Source: Candidatus Berkelbacteria bacterium (GTDB lineage: Bacteria; Patescibacteriota; UBA1384; UBA12157). From it: 64,000 bases of DNA. A program made the translations under genes and the position numbers. The notes under the pieces are model-generated. The model saw only the letters and a list, made by a program, of their open reading frames with translations. It ran no database searches and was not told where the DNA came from. Location: positions 7,771 to 71,770 of the forward strand of contig JBAXXI010000003.1 in the NCBI GenBank assembly GCA_037127955.1. Reading direction: 5' to 3'. Below, in pieces: positions 1 to 10,272 of this stretch; position 1 is the first letter of the stretch, and every line of letters starts with the position of its first letter.

Positions 1-339
1 TTTAACACCCAAAATATCGGCCGCGGATTTAGCTTCTTTTTTTCTGGTTGAAACTAATTCGTTGTTACGCTTAGCCTCACCGGTTTTAACACCACCAGAA
101 CCGTCAAAAAAATAAGCGACCGTCACCTCAGCGCCGCTTTCGGTTATTTTTTTAATCGTACCGCCACAACCAAAACAATCATCGTCTGGGTGAGGCGCTA
201 AAACGAGGGCTTTTTTAACATGTATTTCTTCCGAGATCTCGACGTGGAAATTAAATTTGGTGGCATTATAAAATAGCTCGCTACCTAAAGCTTTTTTTAA
301 ACTATTCAGGGAAAACAGGGTTTTTAGCCACTTCGTCAT
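1..339 (-). CDS. PIG-L/LmbE-family deacetylase, N-terminal part (gene continues beyond window start)
   Basis: Minus-strand translation from the ATG at 339 gives MTKWLKTLF...KKALVLAPHPDDDCFGCGGTIKKITESGAEV, matching the AHPDD(E) metal-binding motif of LmbE-like deacetylases. AGGAAG lies upstream of the ATG. The gene overlaps the 3' end of the GT4 gene by about 38 nt in another frame. It is not in the supplied ORF track because it is truncated by the window edge. Confidence 0.6.
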   Translation of the reverse strand, partial: MTKWLKTLFSLNSLKKALGSELFYNATKFNFHVEISEEIHVKKALVLAPHPDDDCFGCGGTIKKITESGAEVTVAYFFDGSGGVKTGEAKRNNELVSTRKKEAKSAADILGVK

Positions 340-1423
340 AAACTTCCTCCACTTCTTTAATCATATCTTTAAGGTTAAATCTTACTACTGACTCACGACG
401 AGCCATTTCACCCATCTTTTTTGCCAAACCGCGATCGTGAAGCAATTTTAAAATCGCTTCCGATAACTCTTTGATCTGACCTGGCTCAACTAAAATTCCG
501 GATCGATTTTCCACCACTAATTCCGGAATACCACCGGTACGCGTAGCGACAATCGGCAATCCAACTGACATAGCCTGGACAATCGCCAAACCAAAGCTTT
601 CTGAAGTTGACGGTTGAACATATATATCAAGTTTAGCTAAACTTTTTTCCACATCAGCTTGAAAACCAGCAAATTTAACAAATTTTTGAAGTTTCAATTT
701 TTTCGTCAAACCAACCAGTTCTCGCTTAAAAGGACCGTCACCAATAATTTCAAGTCTAACTTCCGGAAATTCCTTCCGAACTTTAGGCAAAGCTGCAATC
801 AAATATTGAACACCTTTAAGCGGAATCAATGTGCCAACCGTTCCAAGCCAAATTTCTTTATCAGACTTAGTAAAAATATTGGCTTTAACTTTGGTCGGCT
901 CAATACCGTTGTAAATAACCCTAATTTTCTGGGCATAAGAAATATTATTATCGATCATGAAGTCTTTAACTGCTTCGGAGACAGCAATATTTTGAGTGGT
1001 AAATAAATCAAAAAACCAACCACCAACATGATGAAGATAATTTAAGGCTCGATTTTTCAAATTAAAATTTCTGGTCCAAAGGTGCTCAGTGTAGATTACT
1101 GGTATACCCAAGCCAAACGCCGCCATTCGTCCAAGCGCCCCTGCGCGTGTACCATGGACATGAATTAAATCTGGCACAAGATGCTTGATAGTTTTTCGAA
1201 TTTTTCCAATAGCCCGAAAATCAGATCGAGAATTCATTGAAATCACTTCGATGTCGATCGGTCGGTGTAAATTACGAATCTCGCCAGCCAACGGGCCAGG
1301 TGGACAAATACAAGCAATTTTATATTTAGTCGTATCAAGATTTTCTAAAATCGATAAGAGATGGCGCGGCGCGCCAGCAAGAGAGCTGTCTCCAATAATT
1401 TCCAAGACCTTAATTTTACTCAT
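302..1423 (-). CDS. GT4-family glycosyltransferase
   Basis: 373 aa with a GT-B fold signature and the C-terminal E-x7-E region (SESFGLAIVQAMSVGLPIVAT, GGIPELV). AAAGGA sits before the ATG. Confidence 0.85.
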   Translation of the reverse strand: MSKIKVLEIIGDSSLAGAPRHLLSILENLDTTKYKIACICPPGPLAGEIRNLHRPIDIEVISMNSRSDFRAIGKIRKTIKHLVPDLIHVHGTRAGALGRMAAFGLGIPVIYTEHLWTRNFNLKNRALNYLHHVGGWFFDLFTTQNIAVSEAVKDFMIDNNISYAQKIRVIYNGIEPTKVKANIFTKSDKEIWLGTVGTLIPLKGVQYLIAALPKVRKEFPEVRLEIIGDGPFKRELVGLTKKLKLQKFVKFAGFQADVEKSLAKLDIYVQPSTSESFGLAIVQAMSVGLPIVATRTGGIPELVVENRSGILVEPGQIKELSEAILKLLHDRGLAKKMGEMARRESVVRFNLKDMIKEVEEVYDEVAKNPVFPE

Positions 1424-1498
1424 ATAAATCCTTTGGAAATTTCCGCGGCAAATGGAGATTTGCCCATGATTTCTAATACTTTTATTTTCATATTAATT

Positions 1499-2998
1499 TT
1501 ATTTTAGCATATCGATGGCTTTTTTCATACGCGCTAAACTCTCGTCTTTACCAAAAAAACCAAGAAGTTCAAACGTACCGGGCGAGGCTGGTTTACCTGA
1601 AAGTGCGGCTCGAATTGGCCACAAAACTTCACCGGCCGAAAGACCAAGTTTAACGGCTAAGGCTCGAAGCAAATTATCAAGTGAATCACGACTAAAATCA
1701 TCTTCTTGCGCCAAAGCTTGACTCGATTCTTCTAAAGCTTTGAGTGTTGCCTCTTTTGTTCCCTTTTTAGGAATTAACAGGTCCGCTTCATAATTTGGCA
1801 GGTGAAAGAAAAAATCCGTTAGCTCTGGTAGTTCTGATAATTTCTTGAGTCGTTCCTGAACCAAAGCAATTATTTGTAAAAGTTCTTCACTTTCTTTTTT
1901 AATCAACCCAGCTTTTTGCAAAAACGGTAAAGCTCGATGAGTTAATTCACCTAAATCCATTTGACGAATATAGTAACCATTAAAATAATCGAGTTTAGTT
2001 TGATCAAAAATCGCTGGACTCTTACCAATATCAGCCAAATCAAAACCACTGGTTAAATCTTTAAGCGTATAAAGTTCGTCGGTCTTAGTCGGTCCATCCA
2101 AAATACTATTAACCGATGGTGACCAACCAAGTAAAACCATAAAATTAATCATGGCTTCTGGCAAATAACCCTGATCACGAAAATCATGACTAACTGAAAC
2201 CGGATTTTTACGCTTACTCATTTTGGTTTTGTCAGAATTTAAAATCATTGGCAAGTGACCATACTCCGGAATAGGCAAATTCATGGCCTGGGCTAACAAA
2301 ATTTGCCTTGGCGTATTCGACAAGTGATCCTCGCCTCTTATTACATGAGTAATTCTCATTTCCGTATCATCAACAATACCAGCGAACATAAAAGTCGGTA
2401 GTCCATCTGATTTCAGGACCACAAAATCACCAAATAATTTCGGATCAAATTCCATCGGACCTTTAATCAAATCTTTAAATTTCACCGGTTGATCTTCTTC
2501 AATTTTAAACCTTAAAGTTGAAGGTCTTCCCTCTTTTTCATATTGCGCAATTTGCTCAGGCGTTAAATTACGACATTTACCAGAGTACTTTGGAGGCAAA
2601 TGATTAGCTTCGGCTGACTTTTTCTCAGCCTCTAAATCTTCGGAAGTACAATAACAGCGATAAGCGTGACCATCAGCCAATAATTGATCAGCATATTTTT
2701 TATAAATCTCTGAGCGCTCACTTTGCCTGTAAGGACCAAATTCACCCTGAGTTTCCGGACCCTCATCGTAATCCATGCCCAACCAATTCATGCATTCCAT
2801 AATATCAATTTCGTATTCCTCGGTTGAACGTTCTTTATCTGTATCTTCAATCCTTAAAATAAATTTACCGCCGAATCTACGAGTAAATAACCAGTTAAAA
2901 AGCGCGGCGCGGGCCGTACCAATATGAAAAAAACCGGTTGGACTTGGGGCAATTCTGGTTCTAATTTCTTCTGACATATTTTCCTTTTTAACCTCCAT
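1499..2998 (-). CDS. gltX: glutamyl-tRNA synthetase
   Basis: HIGH motif (PTGFFHIGTARAALFNW) and KMSKR motif (KMSKRKNP). The true start is possibly M8 at 2977, which has an AAGGA SD. Confidence 0.95.
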   Translation of the reverse strand: MEVKKENMSEEIRTRIAPSPTGFFHIGTARAALFNWLFTRRFGGKFILRIEDTDKERSTEEYEIDIMECMNWLGMDYDEGPETQGEFGPYRQSERSEIYKKYADQLLADGHAYRCYCTSEDLEAEKKSAEANHLPPKYSGKCRNLTPEQIAQYEKEGRPSTLRFKIEEDQPVKFKDLIKGPMEFDPKLFGDFVVLKSDGLPTFMFAGIVDDTEMRITHVIRGEDHLSNTPRQILLAQAMNLPIPEYGHLPMILNSDKTKMSKRKNPVSVSHDFRDQGYLPEAMINFMVLLGWSPSVNSILDGPTKTDELYTLKDLTSGFDLADIGKSPAIFDQTKLDYFNGYYIRQMDLGELTHRALPFLQKAGLIKKESEELLQIIALVQERLKKLSELPELTDFFFHLPNYEADLLIPKKGTKEATLKALEESSQALAQEDDFSRDSLDNLLRALAVKLGLSAGEVLWPIRAALSGKPASPGTFELLGFFGKDESLARMKKAIDMLK

Positions 2999-3039
2999 AT
3001 TTTCGGAGGAGAATCGACAATCTTATTTATTTTAGCGTA

Positions 3040-3393
3040 TCACATTTCTTCAACGGCGTTAACAAAATGCTCGACAGTATTTGTGCTTTCATCAATCCCA
3101 ATAACATCAATACGGATGTCGTGATCAGGAAACTTTTGACTGAGGGCTCTGGCCAACTGACGCAATTTGTATTGTTTGTGCCAATCGACTTCTTCTTGCG
3201 GCAGACCATACAAAAAATTTGATTTAGTTTTAACTTCAACAATAACTAGAGTTTTACCATCTTGCATTAAAATATCGATTTCGCCGCAAGGTAAGCGCAG
3301 GTTTCTAGTCACTAAAACATAATGCTTTTTAAGTAAATACTCTAAAGCCGCATCTTCGCCGCTAGCACCCAATTTTTTACGCTCAAAAGACAT
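3040..3393 (-). CDS. YraN/UPF0102-family endonuclease-like protein
   Basis: 117 aa. The conserved GE.D..........VEVK pattern is present (CGEIDILMQDGKTLVIVEVKTK). Confidence 0.75.
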   Translation of the reverse strand: MSFERKKLGASGEDAALEYLLKKHYVLVTRNLRLPCGEIDILMQDGKTLVIVEVKTKSNFLYGLPQEEVDWHKQYKLRQLARALSQKFPDHDIRIDVIGIDESTNTVEHFVNAVEEM

Positions 3394-3403
3394 ATTTTTG
3401 CTC

Positions 3404-3432
3404 TAAAAAAATCCCGACAAGCGGGATTTTTT
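3404..3432. terminator. intrinsic terminator hairpin (ATCCCG-ACAAG-CGGGAT) flanked by A- and T-tracts
   Basis: Perfect 6-bp stem with flanking A7 and T6 runs, lying downstream of rplS on the minus strand. Confidence 0.6.
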
Positions 3433-3469
3433 CATATATTTATATAATTTTTAAAATAAACCCGCACTT

Positions 3470-3994
3470 TTATTCGGCTTTTTCTTCAGTTTTCTCTTCT
3501 AAGTGAGCCTGAACCGCTTCTTCAAATTTTTCTTCAAGAGCTTGTTCTTCTTTTTCTTTTTCAGCTAATTTAGCTTCGGCTTCAGCGGCTTTTTCGGCTT
3601 CAATTCGAGCGATTTCTTCATCAGCACTTGGTTCTTCCCAAATTTCGCCTGATTTAGTTTCAACTACTTTTTTCTTTTTCTTACCAACCAAATCACGCAC
3701 AAAGTAAAGTTTAGCTCTACCTGGAGCATAACTTTTAACTTTTTCAAATTTCACGATTAATGGCGAATGAATTGGAAAAGTTCGTTCAATACCGATACCA
3801 TCGGTCACACGTCGAACTTTAATTGAGCCATCTAAACCTTTACCATGCTTGGTGGTAATCACTAAGCCTTCAAAATTCTGAATACGAGTTTTCGAGCCTT
3901 CAGTAATTTTAAAAGAAATCTTGACGGTATCGCCAACATTGATATCTGGTACATTTTTCTTTTGATAGCTTTTGGTTAAACTTTGAATATCCAT
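3470..3994 (-). CDS. rplS: 50S ribosomal protein L19 with about 60-aa Glu/Lys/Ala-rich C-terminal extension
   Basis: The N-terminal 115 aa match L19 (MDIQSLTKSYQKK...KLYFVRDLVGKK). The tail AEKAAEAEAKLAEKEKEEQALEEK... is low-complexity. Confidence 0.9.
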   Translation of the reverse strand: MDIQSLTKSYQKKNVPDINVGDTVKISFKITEGSKTRIQNFEGLVITTKHGKGLDGSIKVRRVTDGIGIERTFPIHSPLIVKFEKVKSYAPGRAKLYFVRDLVGKKKKKVVETKSGEIWEEPSADEEIARIEAEKAAEAEAKLAEKEKEEQALEEKFEEAVQAHLEEKTEEKAE

Positions 3995-4171
3995 TTTTTA
4001 CTCCGCAAATTAAAAATTAGAGAAACTAATTCCTTTATATTTCTTGGGTTTTATTAACCCTAAATTCTTTTATTATCTTACCAGAAAGTCAGATATTTGT
4101 AAAGAGGCAGGATTTAAAAAATCACTTCGATTTCTCAAGAAGTGATTTTTTTATTTTAGTACAGTTGAATC

Positions 4172-4444
4172 TTAACTCACGGAAACGATAGTTTTATTAC
4201 CTTTTGAACCAGTAAATTTCATGACTTGAGTTTTCTTGAAATTAACTTTACCGGCAACTTTTGCATATAAAGTATCGTCCGCGCCCATCGCAGTACCCTC
4301 GCCAGAATAAAACTTGCTACCACGTTGTCGAACAATAATTTGACCGGCTTCAATAGTCTGACCACCGAATATTTTAACGCCGAGACGTTTGGCTCGACTG
4401 TCGCGACCTAATTTACTTGTACCCTTCGCCTTTGTATGTGCCAT
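4172..4444 (-). CDS. rpmA: 50S ribosomal protein L27
   Basis: [28 protein letters not shown]...[10 protein letters not shown] matches the L27 consensus. Confidence 0.95.
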   Translation of the reverse strand: MAHTKAKGTSKLGRDSRAKRLGVKIFGGQTIEAGQIIVRQRGSKFYSGEGTAMGADDTLYAKVAGKVNFKKTQVMKFTGSKGNKTIVSVS

Positions 4445-4597
4445 TTGGACTCCAATTTTCTATTTCTATTTTCTAATACTAATTTCTAAACTTTAATATA
4501 CCTCATTTAATCATAAAAATCAAGATTTGTCAACCATTCTATTGTCTGTTAAGATGGTTTTAGGTCCTTCAACTAATTTAATTAGGTTATTTTATAT

Positions 4598-7500
4598 ATG
4601 CCAAACTTTGTCCACTTACATACTCATTCGCATTATTCTTTACTCGACGGTATGGGAAAACTCCCAGACCTAATTAAACGTGCCAAAGAACTAAATATGG
4701 ACACACTAGCTTTAACTGACCATGGTGTTATGTATGGAGCGATTGAATTTTACAAAAAATGTCATGATGAAGGTATTAAAGCAATTATCGGCGTTGAAGC
4801 CTATGTCGCTCCTAGAACCATGAAAGATAAGGAGCCGAAAGTCGATAGTTCACCTTACCATTTGGTTTTGTTGGCTAAAAACGAAGAAGGCTATCAAAAT
4901 CTACTTAAAATAACGACTGTCGCTCACCTCGAAGGCTACTATTATAAACCAAGAGTGGACAAAGAATTTCTAAGGACCCACGGTAAAGGTATTATTGCTT
5001 TATCTGCCTGTTTAGCCGGCGAAGTCCCGCGCATGGTTAATTCAGATCAAAAAGATCGAGCCCTCGAAGCAATTAAAGAATATCAGGAAATTTTCGGTAA
5101 AGAAAATTTTTATCTCGAATTACAATATCACCCAGAACTACCTGAGCAAGTTAAGGTTAATAAAGGCCTGATTGAATTAGCTCGAGAATTAAATATTGGC
5201 CTAGTTTGCACGAGCGATATTCACTATGTTCGCGCCGAAGATCGAGACGCCCATGAAGTTTTGCTCGCCATTCAAACCGGTAAAGATTTTGATGACGAAA
5301 ACAGGCTTTCACTTAAAGAATTCGATTTATCCATGACGTCACCTGAAGATATGGCTGAACATTTTAAAGAAGTCCCAGATGCTTTAACCAATACCTTAAA
5401 AATTGCCGAGCAATGCACTTTGGAATTAAAACTCGGCCAAACCATTTTGCCTAAATTTGACACTCCAGACAATCTTTCAAGTGAAGAATATCTAAATAAA
5501 CTTTGCTACGAGGGCGCCGAAGCCCGTTATGGCAAAATCACTCCGCAAATCAAAGAAAGACTTGATTATGAACTGTCTATTATCTTAAAATGTCACTTTG
5601 AAGACTATTTCTTAATCGTTCGAGATTACGTTAAATTCGCTAAAGATGCCGGAATTATGGTTGGACCTGGTCGTGGCTCGGCCGCTGGCTCAATCGTAGC
5701 CTATGTTTTGGAAATCACCGATCTTGACCCGATTTATTATGACTTACTTTTTGAAAGATTTTTAAATCCAGAACGTATTTCCCCTCCTGATGTGGACTTA
5801 GATTTTGCTGACGACCGCCGTGGCGAAGTCATCCAATATATTTCTGATAAATATGGCAAAGATCATGTGGCCCAAATTATTACTTTCGGTTTAATGAAAG
5901 CTCGTATGGTCATTCGTGATGTAACCAGAGCCCTAGGTATGAGCTATGATGACGGTGATCGAATCGCTAAACTTATTCCAATGGGCATGAATCTCGATGA
6001 AGCCATTGCTAGTGTTGCTGAACTTAAAAAAATTTACGATAACGAACCACCTTTTCGACGTTTAATCGATATGGCTAAACGACTCGAAAACGTCGCTCGT
6101 AACGCTGGCACGCATGCCGCCGGCGTCGTCATTTCTCAAGATGATTTAACTAACTTTGTTCCACTTCAATTTCCACCACGAGGTGAAAACAATATTGTCA
6201 CCCAATATTCCATGAAATATATCGACGAAGTCGGTCTATTAAAAGTTGATATTTTGGGTCTATCCAACCTTACAATTATTAAAAATGCTCTTAGAATTAT
6301 CAAAAAAACCGCGGACGTCGACATCGATCTAAGTAAAATTCCAATGGACGATAATGAAAGTTACGAATTACTGGCCCGAGGCGATTCTTCAGGCGTATTT
6401 CAGCTTGAATCCGATGGCATGAAGCGTTACCTTAAAGAACTCAAGCCAACCAGGTTTGAAGATATCATTTCTATGGTCGCTCTTTACCGACCAGGACCAA
6501 TGGATTCGATTCCAGACTTTATTGACGCCAAACATGGGCGCAAACAGATCACTTATCTTGATCCAAAACTTGAACCAATTCTTTCCAGTACTTATGGTGT
6601 CATTGTTACTCAGGACCAGGTGTTACAGATTGCTCGCCATTTTTCCGGTTTCACTTATGGACAAGCCGATATTCTTCGTAAAGCCGTGGGTAAAAAGAAT
6701 AAAGTTCTCCTTGATGAACAAAAACATAAATTTATCGAAGGTGCGATTAAAGAAGGTGCGTCTCACAATACTGCTCAAGCCGTTTGGGACTTTATCGAAC
6801 CTTTCGCCAGGTATGGCTTTAACCGTGCTCACGCGGCTTGCTATGCCATGATTAGTTACCAAACCGCCTATTTGAAGGCCCACTACCCTTCAGCCTTTAT
6901 GGCCGCTTGGTTGACCGCTGAACAACAAAATATCGACAAAATTGCCTTTGCTATTGGCGAATGCCAACGCATGAGTATCGAGGTCTTACCTCCAGATGTC
7001 AATGAATCATTTGTTGAATTCGGTGTAGTCAAAAGTACTGGCAATATCCGTTTTGGTTTAGCGGCAGTGAAAAATGTTGGAGTTGGAGTTTCAGAAAAAA
7101 TTGTCGAAGAACGTAAAAACAACGGTCCATATTTAAGTTTTGGTGAATTTGTTACTAGGTTAACCGGTAAAGTTTTAAATAAAAAAGTCATCGAAGCCTT
7201 AGCTAAAGCCGGCGCACTCGATCATTTAGTTGAACGTAACCAGGTTTTAACCCAAATCGAAGTGATTTTAAAATTCATTTCCAATTTAGATAAAAGTGAT
7301 AAACATAATCAAATGAATCTATTTAGCGATATGACCGCTAACGCGCCTTTAGCCGAACTTAAACTTGAATCAGTCGAGCCAGCGCCACAAAAACAACGCT
7401 TAGCTTGGGAAAAAGAATTACTTGGTATTTATCTTTCCGAACATCCGCTTAAAGGTGTTGCTTCAAAACTCTTATCTTTAGGTACTTCAATCGCCGAAAT

Positions 7501-8068
7501 TGAAACTCTACCATCGGAAACCAAGGTTAAATTTGGTGGTGTTATTAGTCAATCTCGTAAAATTATGACTAAAAACAAAGAACCAATGATGTTTGTCACA
7601 ATCGAAGATTTAACTGGCAAAATTGAAGTGATCGTCTTTCCACGGACCTTGGCCCAAAATCCTAATATTTGGACTTCGGACGAACCTTTAGTAATCAACG
7701 GTCGGCTCGATCGCAAGGAAAACTTGCCTAAAGTGATTGCTCAAAGCGCTGAAATTCTTGATGAAGCCAACGATAATCCAGGTGACGAAGTAGTTGTCGC
7801 CGAAAATGACGCAAAACGCAAAACTGCAGCAGAAAAAATCGTGATCACTCTACCAGGCCGCGCTCAAAAAGATATTCTTCTTAAAATCAAAGATATTTTA
7901 GCTCAATATGTAGTTCCGGACGGCGTACCAGGTCTGGCTGTCTATCTTAAAATTCCAAAAAATATCGGCTATGAAGAAATAAAAACTAAAACAACCGTCG
8001 AACTTAAAGCCGCTCTCACCAGACAACTGGGAGAAGCTATTGATGGCGGCAAAATTGAAATTCTCTAA
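4598..8068 (+). CDS. dnaE: DNA polymerase III alpha subunit
   Basis: 1156 aa. N-terminal PHP domain (FVHLHTHSHYSLLDG), polymerase core and a C-terminal OB fold. Preceded by a TTGTCA-17-TAAGAT promoter. Confidence 0.95.
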   Translation: MPNFVHLHTHSHYSLLDGMGKLPDLIKRAKELNMDTLALTDHGVMYGAIEFYKKCHDEGIKAIIGVEAYVAPRTMKDKEPKVDSSPYHLVLLAKNEEGYQNLLKITTVAHLEGYYYKPRVDKEFLRTHGKGIIALSACLAGEVPRMVNSDQKDRALEAIKEYQEIFGKENFYLELQYHPELPEQVKVNKGLIELARELNIGLVCTSDIHYVRAEDRDAHEVLLAIQTGKDFDDENRLSLKEFDLSMTSPEDMAEHFKEVPDALTNTLKIAEQCTLELKLGQTILPKFDTPDNLSSEEYLNKLCYEGAEARYGKITPQIKERLDYELSIILKCHFEDYFLIVRDYVKFAKDAGIMVGPGRGSAAGSIVAYVLEITDLDPIYYDLLFERFLNPERISPPDVDLDFADDRRGEVIQYISDKYGKDHVAQIITFGLMKARMVIRDVTRALGMSYDDGDRIAKLIPMGMNLDEAIASVAELKKIYDNEPPFRRLIDMAKRLENVARNAGTHAAGVVISQDDLTNFVPLQFPPRGENNIVTQYSMKYIDEVGLLKVDILGLSNLTIIKNALRIIKKTADVDIDLSKIPMDDNESYELLARGDSSGVFQLESDGMKRYLKELKPTRFEDIISMVALYRPGPMDSIPDFIDAKHGRKQITYLDPKLEPILSSTYGVIVTQDQVLQIARHFSGFTYGQADILRKAVGKKNKVLLDEQKHKFIEGAIKEGASHNTAQAVWDFIEPFARYGFNRAHAACYAMISYQTAYLKAHYPSAFMAAWLTAEQQNIDKIAFAIGECQRMSIEVLPPDVNESFVEFGVVKSTGNIRFGLAAVKNVGVGVSEKIVEERKNNGPYLSFGEFVTRLTGKVLNKKVIEALAKAGALDHLVERNQVLTQIEVILKFISNLDKSDKHNQMNLFSDMTANAPLAELKLESVEPAPQKQRLAWEKELLGIYLSEHPLKGVASKLLSLGTSIAEIETLPSETKVKFGGVISQSRKIMTKNKEPMMFVTIEDLTGKIEVIVFPRTLAQNPNIWTSDEPLVINGRLDRKENLPKVIAQSAEILDEANDNPGDEVVVAENDAKRKTAAEKIVITLPGRAQKDILLKIKDILAQYVVPDGVPGLAVYLKIPKNIGYEEIKTKTTVELKAALTRQLGEAIDGGKIEIL

Positions 8069-8150
8069 TTTGACATCGTGACCAGATTATCTTACGCTTA
8101 ATATAGGTATATTTATCAAGTAAAGTCATAAACTTTCCAGGAGGTAAAAT

Positions 8151-8504
8151 ATGAACGAAGAAAAAACCACAACACCCGGACCAGAACACTTAAGCCCAAA
8201 TGTAGCCGCCGCTCTTTGTTATTTTCTTTGGATGGTTGGCGGTATCGTTTTCTATCTAACCAGTAAAAATGAATATGTCCGCTTCCACGCCATGCAATCT
8301 TTGCTTTTTAGCGCTGCTATTGCCGTAATTTATGTTTTCCTTATGGTTTTCGGTTTTATGCTCTGGTTTTTACTCGGCATTGTTTCAATCTTGATTTACA
8401 CGGCCGTTTTTGCCGTCTGGCTTTTACTCATGATTAAGGCTTATCAAGGTGAAAAATTCAAACTACCTTATTTGGGTCAAATGGCCGAAAAACTAATCAA
8501 ATAA
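8151..8504 (+). CDS. small integral membrane protein (DUF4870-like)
   Basis: 117 aa with 3 predicted TM helices. An SD (GGAGG) precedes the ATG. Confidence 0.6.
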   Translation: MNEEKTTTPGPEHLSPNVAAALCYFLWMVGGIVFYLTSKNEYVRFHAMQSLLFSAAIAVIYVFLMVFGFMLWFLLGIVSILIYTAVFAVWLLLMIKAYQGEKFKLPYLGQMAEKLIK

Positions 8505-8517
8505 GAAACTTAGGTAC

Positions 8518-8548
8518 TAAAAAAACGACCGAAATGGTCGTTTTTTTG
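8518..8548. terminator. bidirectional intrinsic terminator (CGACC-GAAAT-GGTCG) with A7/T7 flanks
   Basis: Hairpin between convergent genes (8151-8504 on + and 8566-9063 on -). Confidence 0.7.
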
Positions 8549-8565
8549 ATTTTGTAATTATAAAT

Positions 8566-9063
8566 TTAATTTTTATATTTCTTCGCCAAAGTTGCAATTT
8601 TTTCCTGTAAAAAATGAGGATTTTCAACATTTTCCACCACAATCATCGAAACTTCATCACCCACTGTTGATATTTTTACATCGCCAAAATTCAATAAACT
8701 TTTAATTAAGCCTTTGATCTCGTAATTAATATTCATAACATTATCAAGTTCAGTTTCTGAAACTCGACGATTGAAAAAACTTTTTTGATCAATCTTAATA
8801 ATCCGATGATTTGTCAAAATCAATAAATCGTTACTGTACGAGTACCAAACGATCGTTACATAAATTAAAACAAAACAAACACCAACGGCCAATAATCCAA
8901 TTGTAAAAGCATTCCAGTGACCGATTAAAATACCGGCGAAAACAATTAATATTACTAAAATTATATTAAAAATCGCTCGAGCCAAAACCCAAGGATGCTG
9001 GCGAACCGTCATAATGACTTCTTCGTCGGCTGCTTGATTGTCGAGCTCTAAATCTGCTTTCAT
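8566..9063 (-). CDS. membrane-anchored bacterial PH-domain (bPH_2/DUF304-like) protein
   Basis: 165 aa. Two TM helices followed by a PH-like C-terminal region. Confidence 0.55.
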   Translation of the reverse strand: MKADLELDNQAADEEVIMTVRQHPWVLARAIFNIILVILIVFAGILIGHWNAFTIGLLAVGVCFVLIYVTIVWYSYSNDLLILTNHRIIKIDQKSFFNRRVSETELDNVMNINYEIKGLIKSLLNFGDVKISTVGDEVSMIVVENVENPHFLQEKIATLAKKYKN

Positions 9064-9171
9064 AAATCCCTACCTTTTATTTAACGCCAAAGCTTGGCAA
9101 AAAATGGTAAAATCATGCCAACCATTAAAATAATAATCACCATGATAAAAACTGCTTTGCGTAATTTTTTA

Positions 9172-10272
9172 TTAAACATTTTTCCCTCTTTTCCTCTTTC
9201 TCCATTCTAATACAATTAAGCCAATGGCTAAAGTCCCCATGACGATTAATAGCCAAACTGTTGCTTGAACTTTACCAGCGGTCTGAGAAAAAATCGCCAC
9301 CGCCCCAAAAATGGCCGAAATCAAATACAAAGTTAAAACGGCTTGTCGTTGGGTTAAACCAACATCAATTAATCGATGGTGAAGATGAAATTTATCGGCT
9401 TTAAAAGGAGAATTCCCTGACATAATTCGTCGCAAAGCCACCCATACCACATCGAGCACTGGAATACCTAAAACCAAAAAAGCAGTAGCAACTTTACCAC
9501 CGGAAATAACTGCTAACACGCCCAATAAATAGCCTAAAAACATACTCCCAGAGTCACCCATAAAGATTTTCGCTGGGTTAAAATTCCAAGGAATAAAACC
9601 TAGTACCGAACCAGCAAAAATCAAAGATAAAAGCGCGGCCGCCGGTTGACCTAAAGACAAGCTTAAAAAGAAAATGCTCACCGCCGCAATCACAGCTATA
9701 CCGCCCGCCAAACCATCGAGACCATCAAGAAAATTCAAAGTATTAATCATTAAAACAATCCAAAATACAGTTAATAAATTAGACCAGACGGTAAAATGAA
9801 AAGGTATGCCAAATAAACTATAATTCCAAATCAAATTACCTAAATCGATATGTAAACCGGCCGGCAACCTGATATAACCAATATTTAAACCAAAACTCAC
9901 TACAATAGTCGCCGCTACAATATGCCAAAAAAGCTTCCACCAAGGTTTGACCCCACTTACGTCGTCAACAATACCAACCACCAGCAAAACCACGGCACCA
10001 AAAAGCACTCCAATCAATTTCTGATCAAAAATTAAAATTTTAGCACTACCAAAATCCAATCGATTAGCGGCCAAAGCATAACCAATAGTAGTTAATAAAA
10101 AGGCTAAAACAATCGCCAACCCACCAAGTCGAGGCGTGGCTTTTTCATGAATCTTGCGGCCGCCGGGCTCGTCAAAAATACCTAATTTTTCTGCCAAAAC
10201 CTTAACCGAATAAGTTAGTCCGCCGGTCATTAACGCGGCAATGACCAAAGGCGCAATATAATTTTGAATCAT
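9172..10272 (-). CDS. polyprenyl-phosphate sugar-1-phosphate transferase, MraY/WecA (GT4 glycosyltransferase family 4)
   Basis: About 10 TM helices. Motifs VGIVDDVSG, NFLDGLDGLAGG, IFMGDSGSMFLGY and HLHHRL. Confidence 0.8.
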   Translation of the reverse strand: MIQNYIAPLVIAALMTGGLTYSVKVLAEKLGIFDEPGGRKIHEKATPRLGGLAIVLAFLLTTIGYALAANRLDFGSAKILIFDQKLIGVLFGAVVLLVVGIVDDVSGVKPWWKLFWHIVAATIVVSFGLNIGYIRLPAGLHIDLGNLIWNYSLFGIPFHFTVWSNLLTVFWIVLMINTLNFLDGLDGLAGGIAVIAAVSIFFLSLSLGQPAAALLSLIFAGSVLGFIPWNFNPAKIFMGDSGSMFLGYLLGVLAVISGGKVATAFLVLGIPVLDVVWVALRRIMSGNSPFKADKFHLHHRLIDVGLTQRQAVLTLYLISAIFGAVAIFSQTAGKVQATVWLLIVMGTLAIGLIVLEWRKRKRGKNV

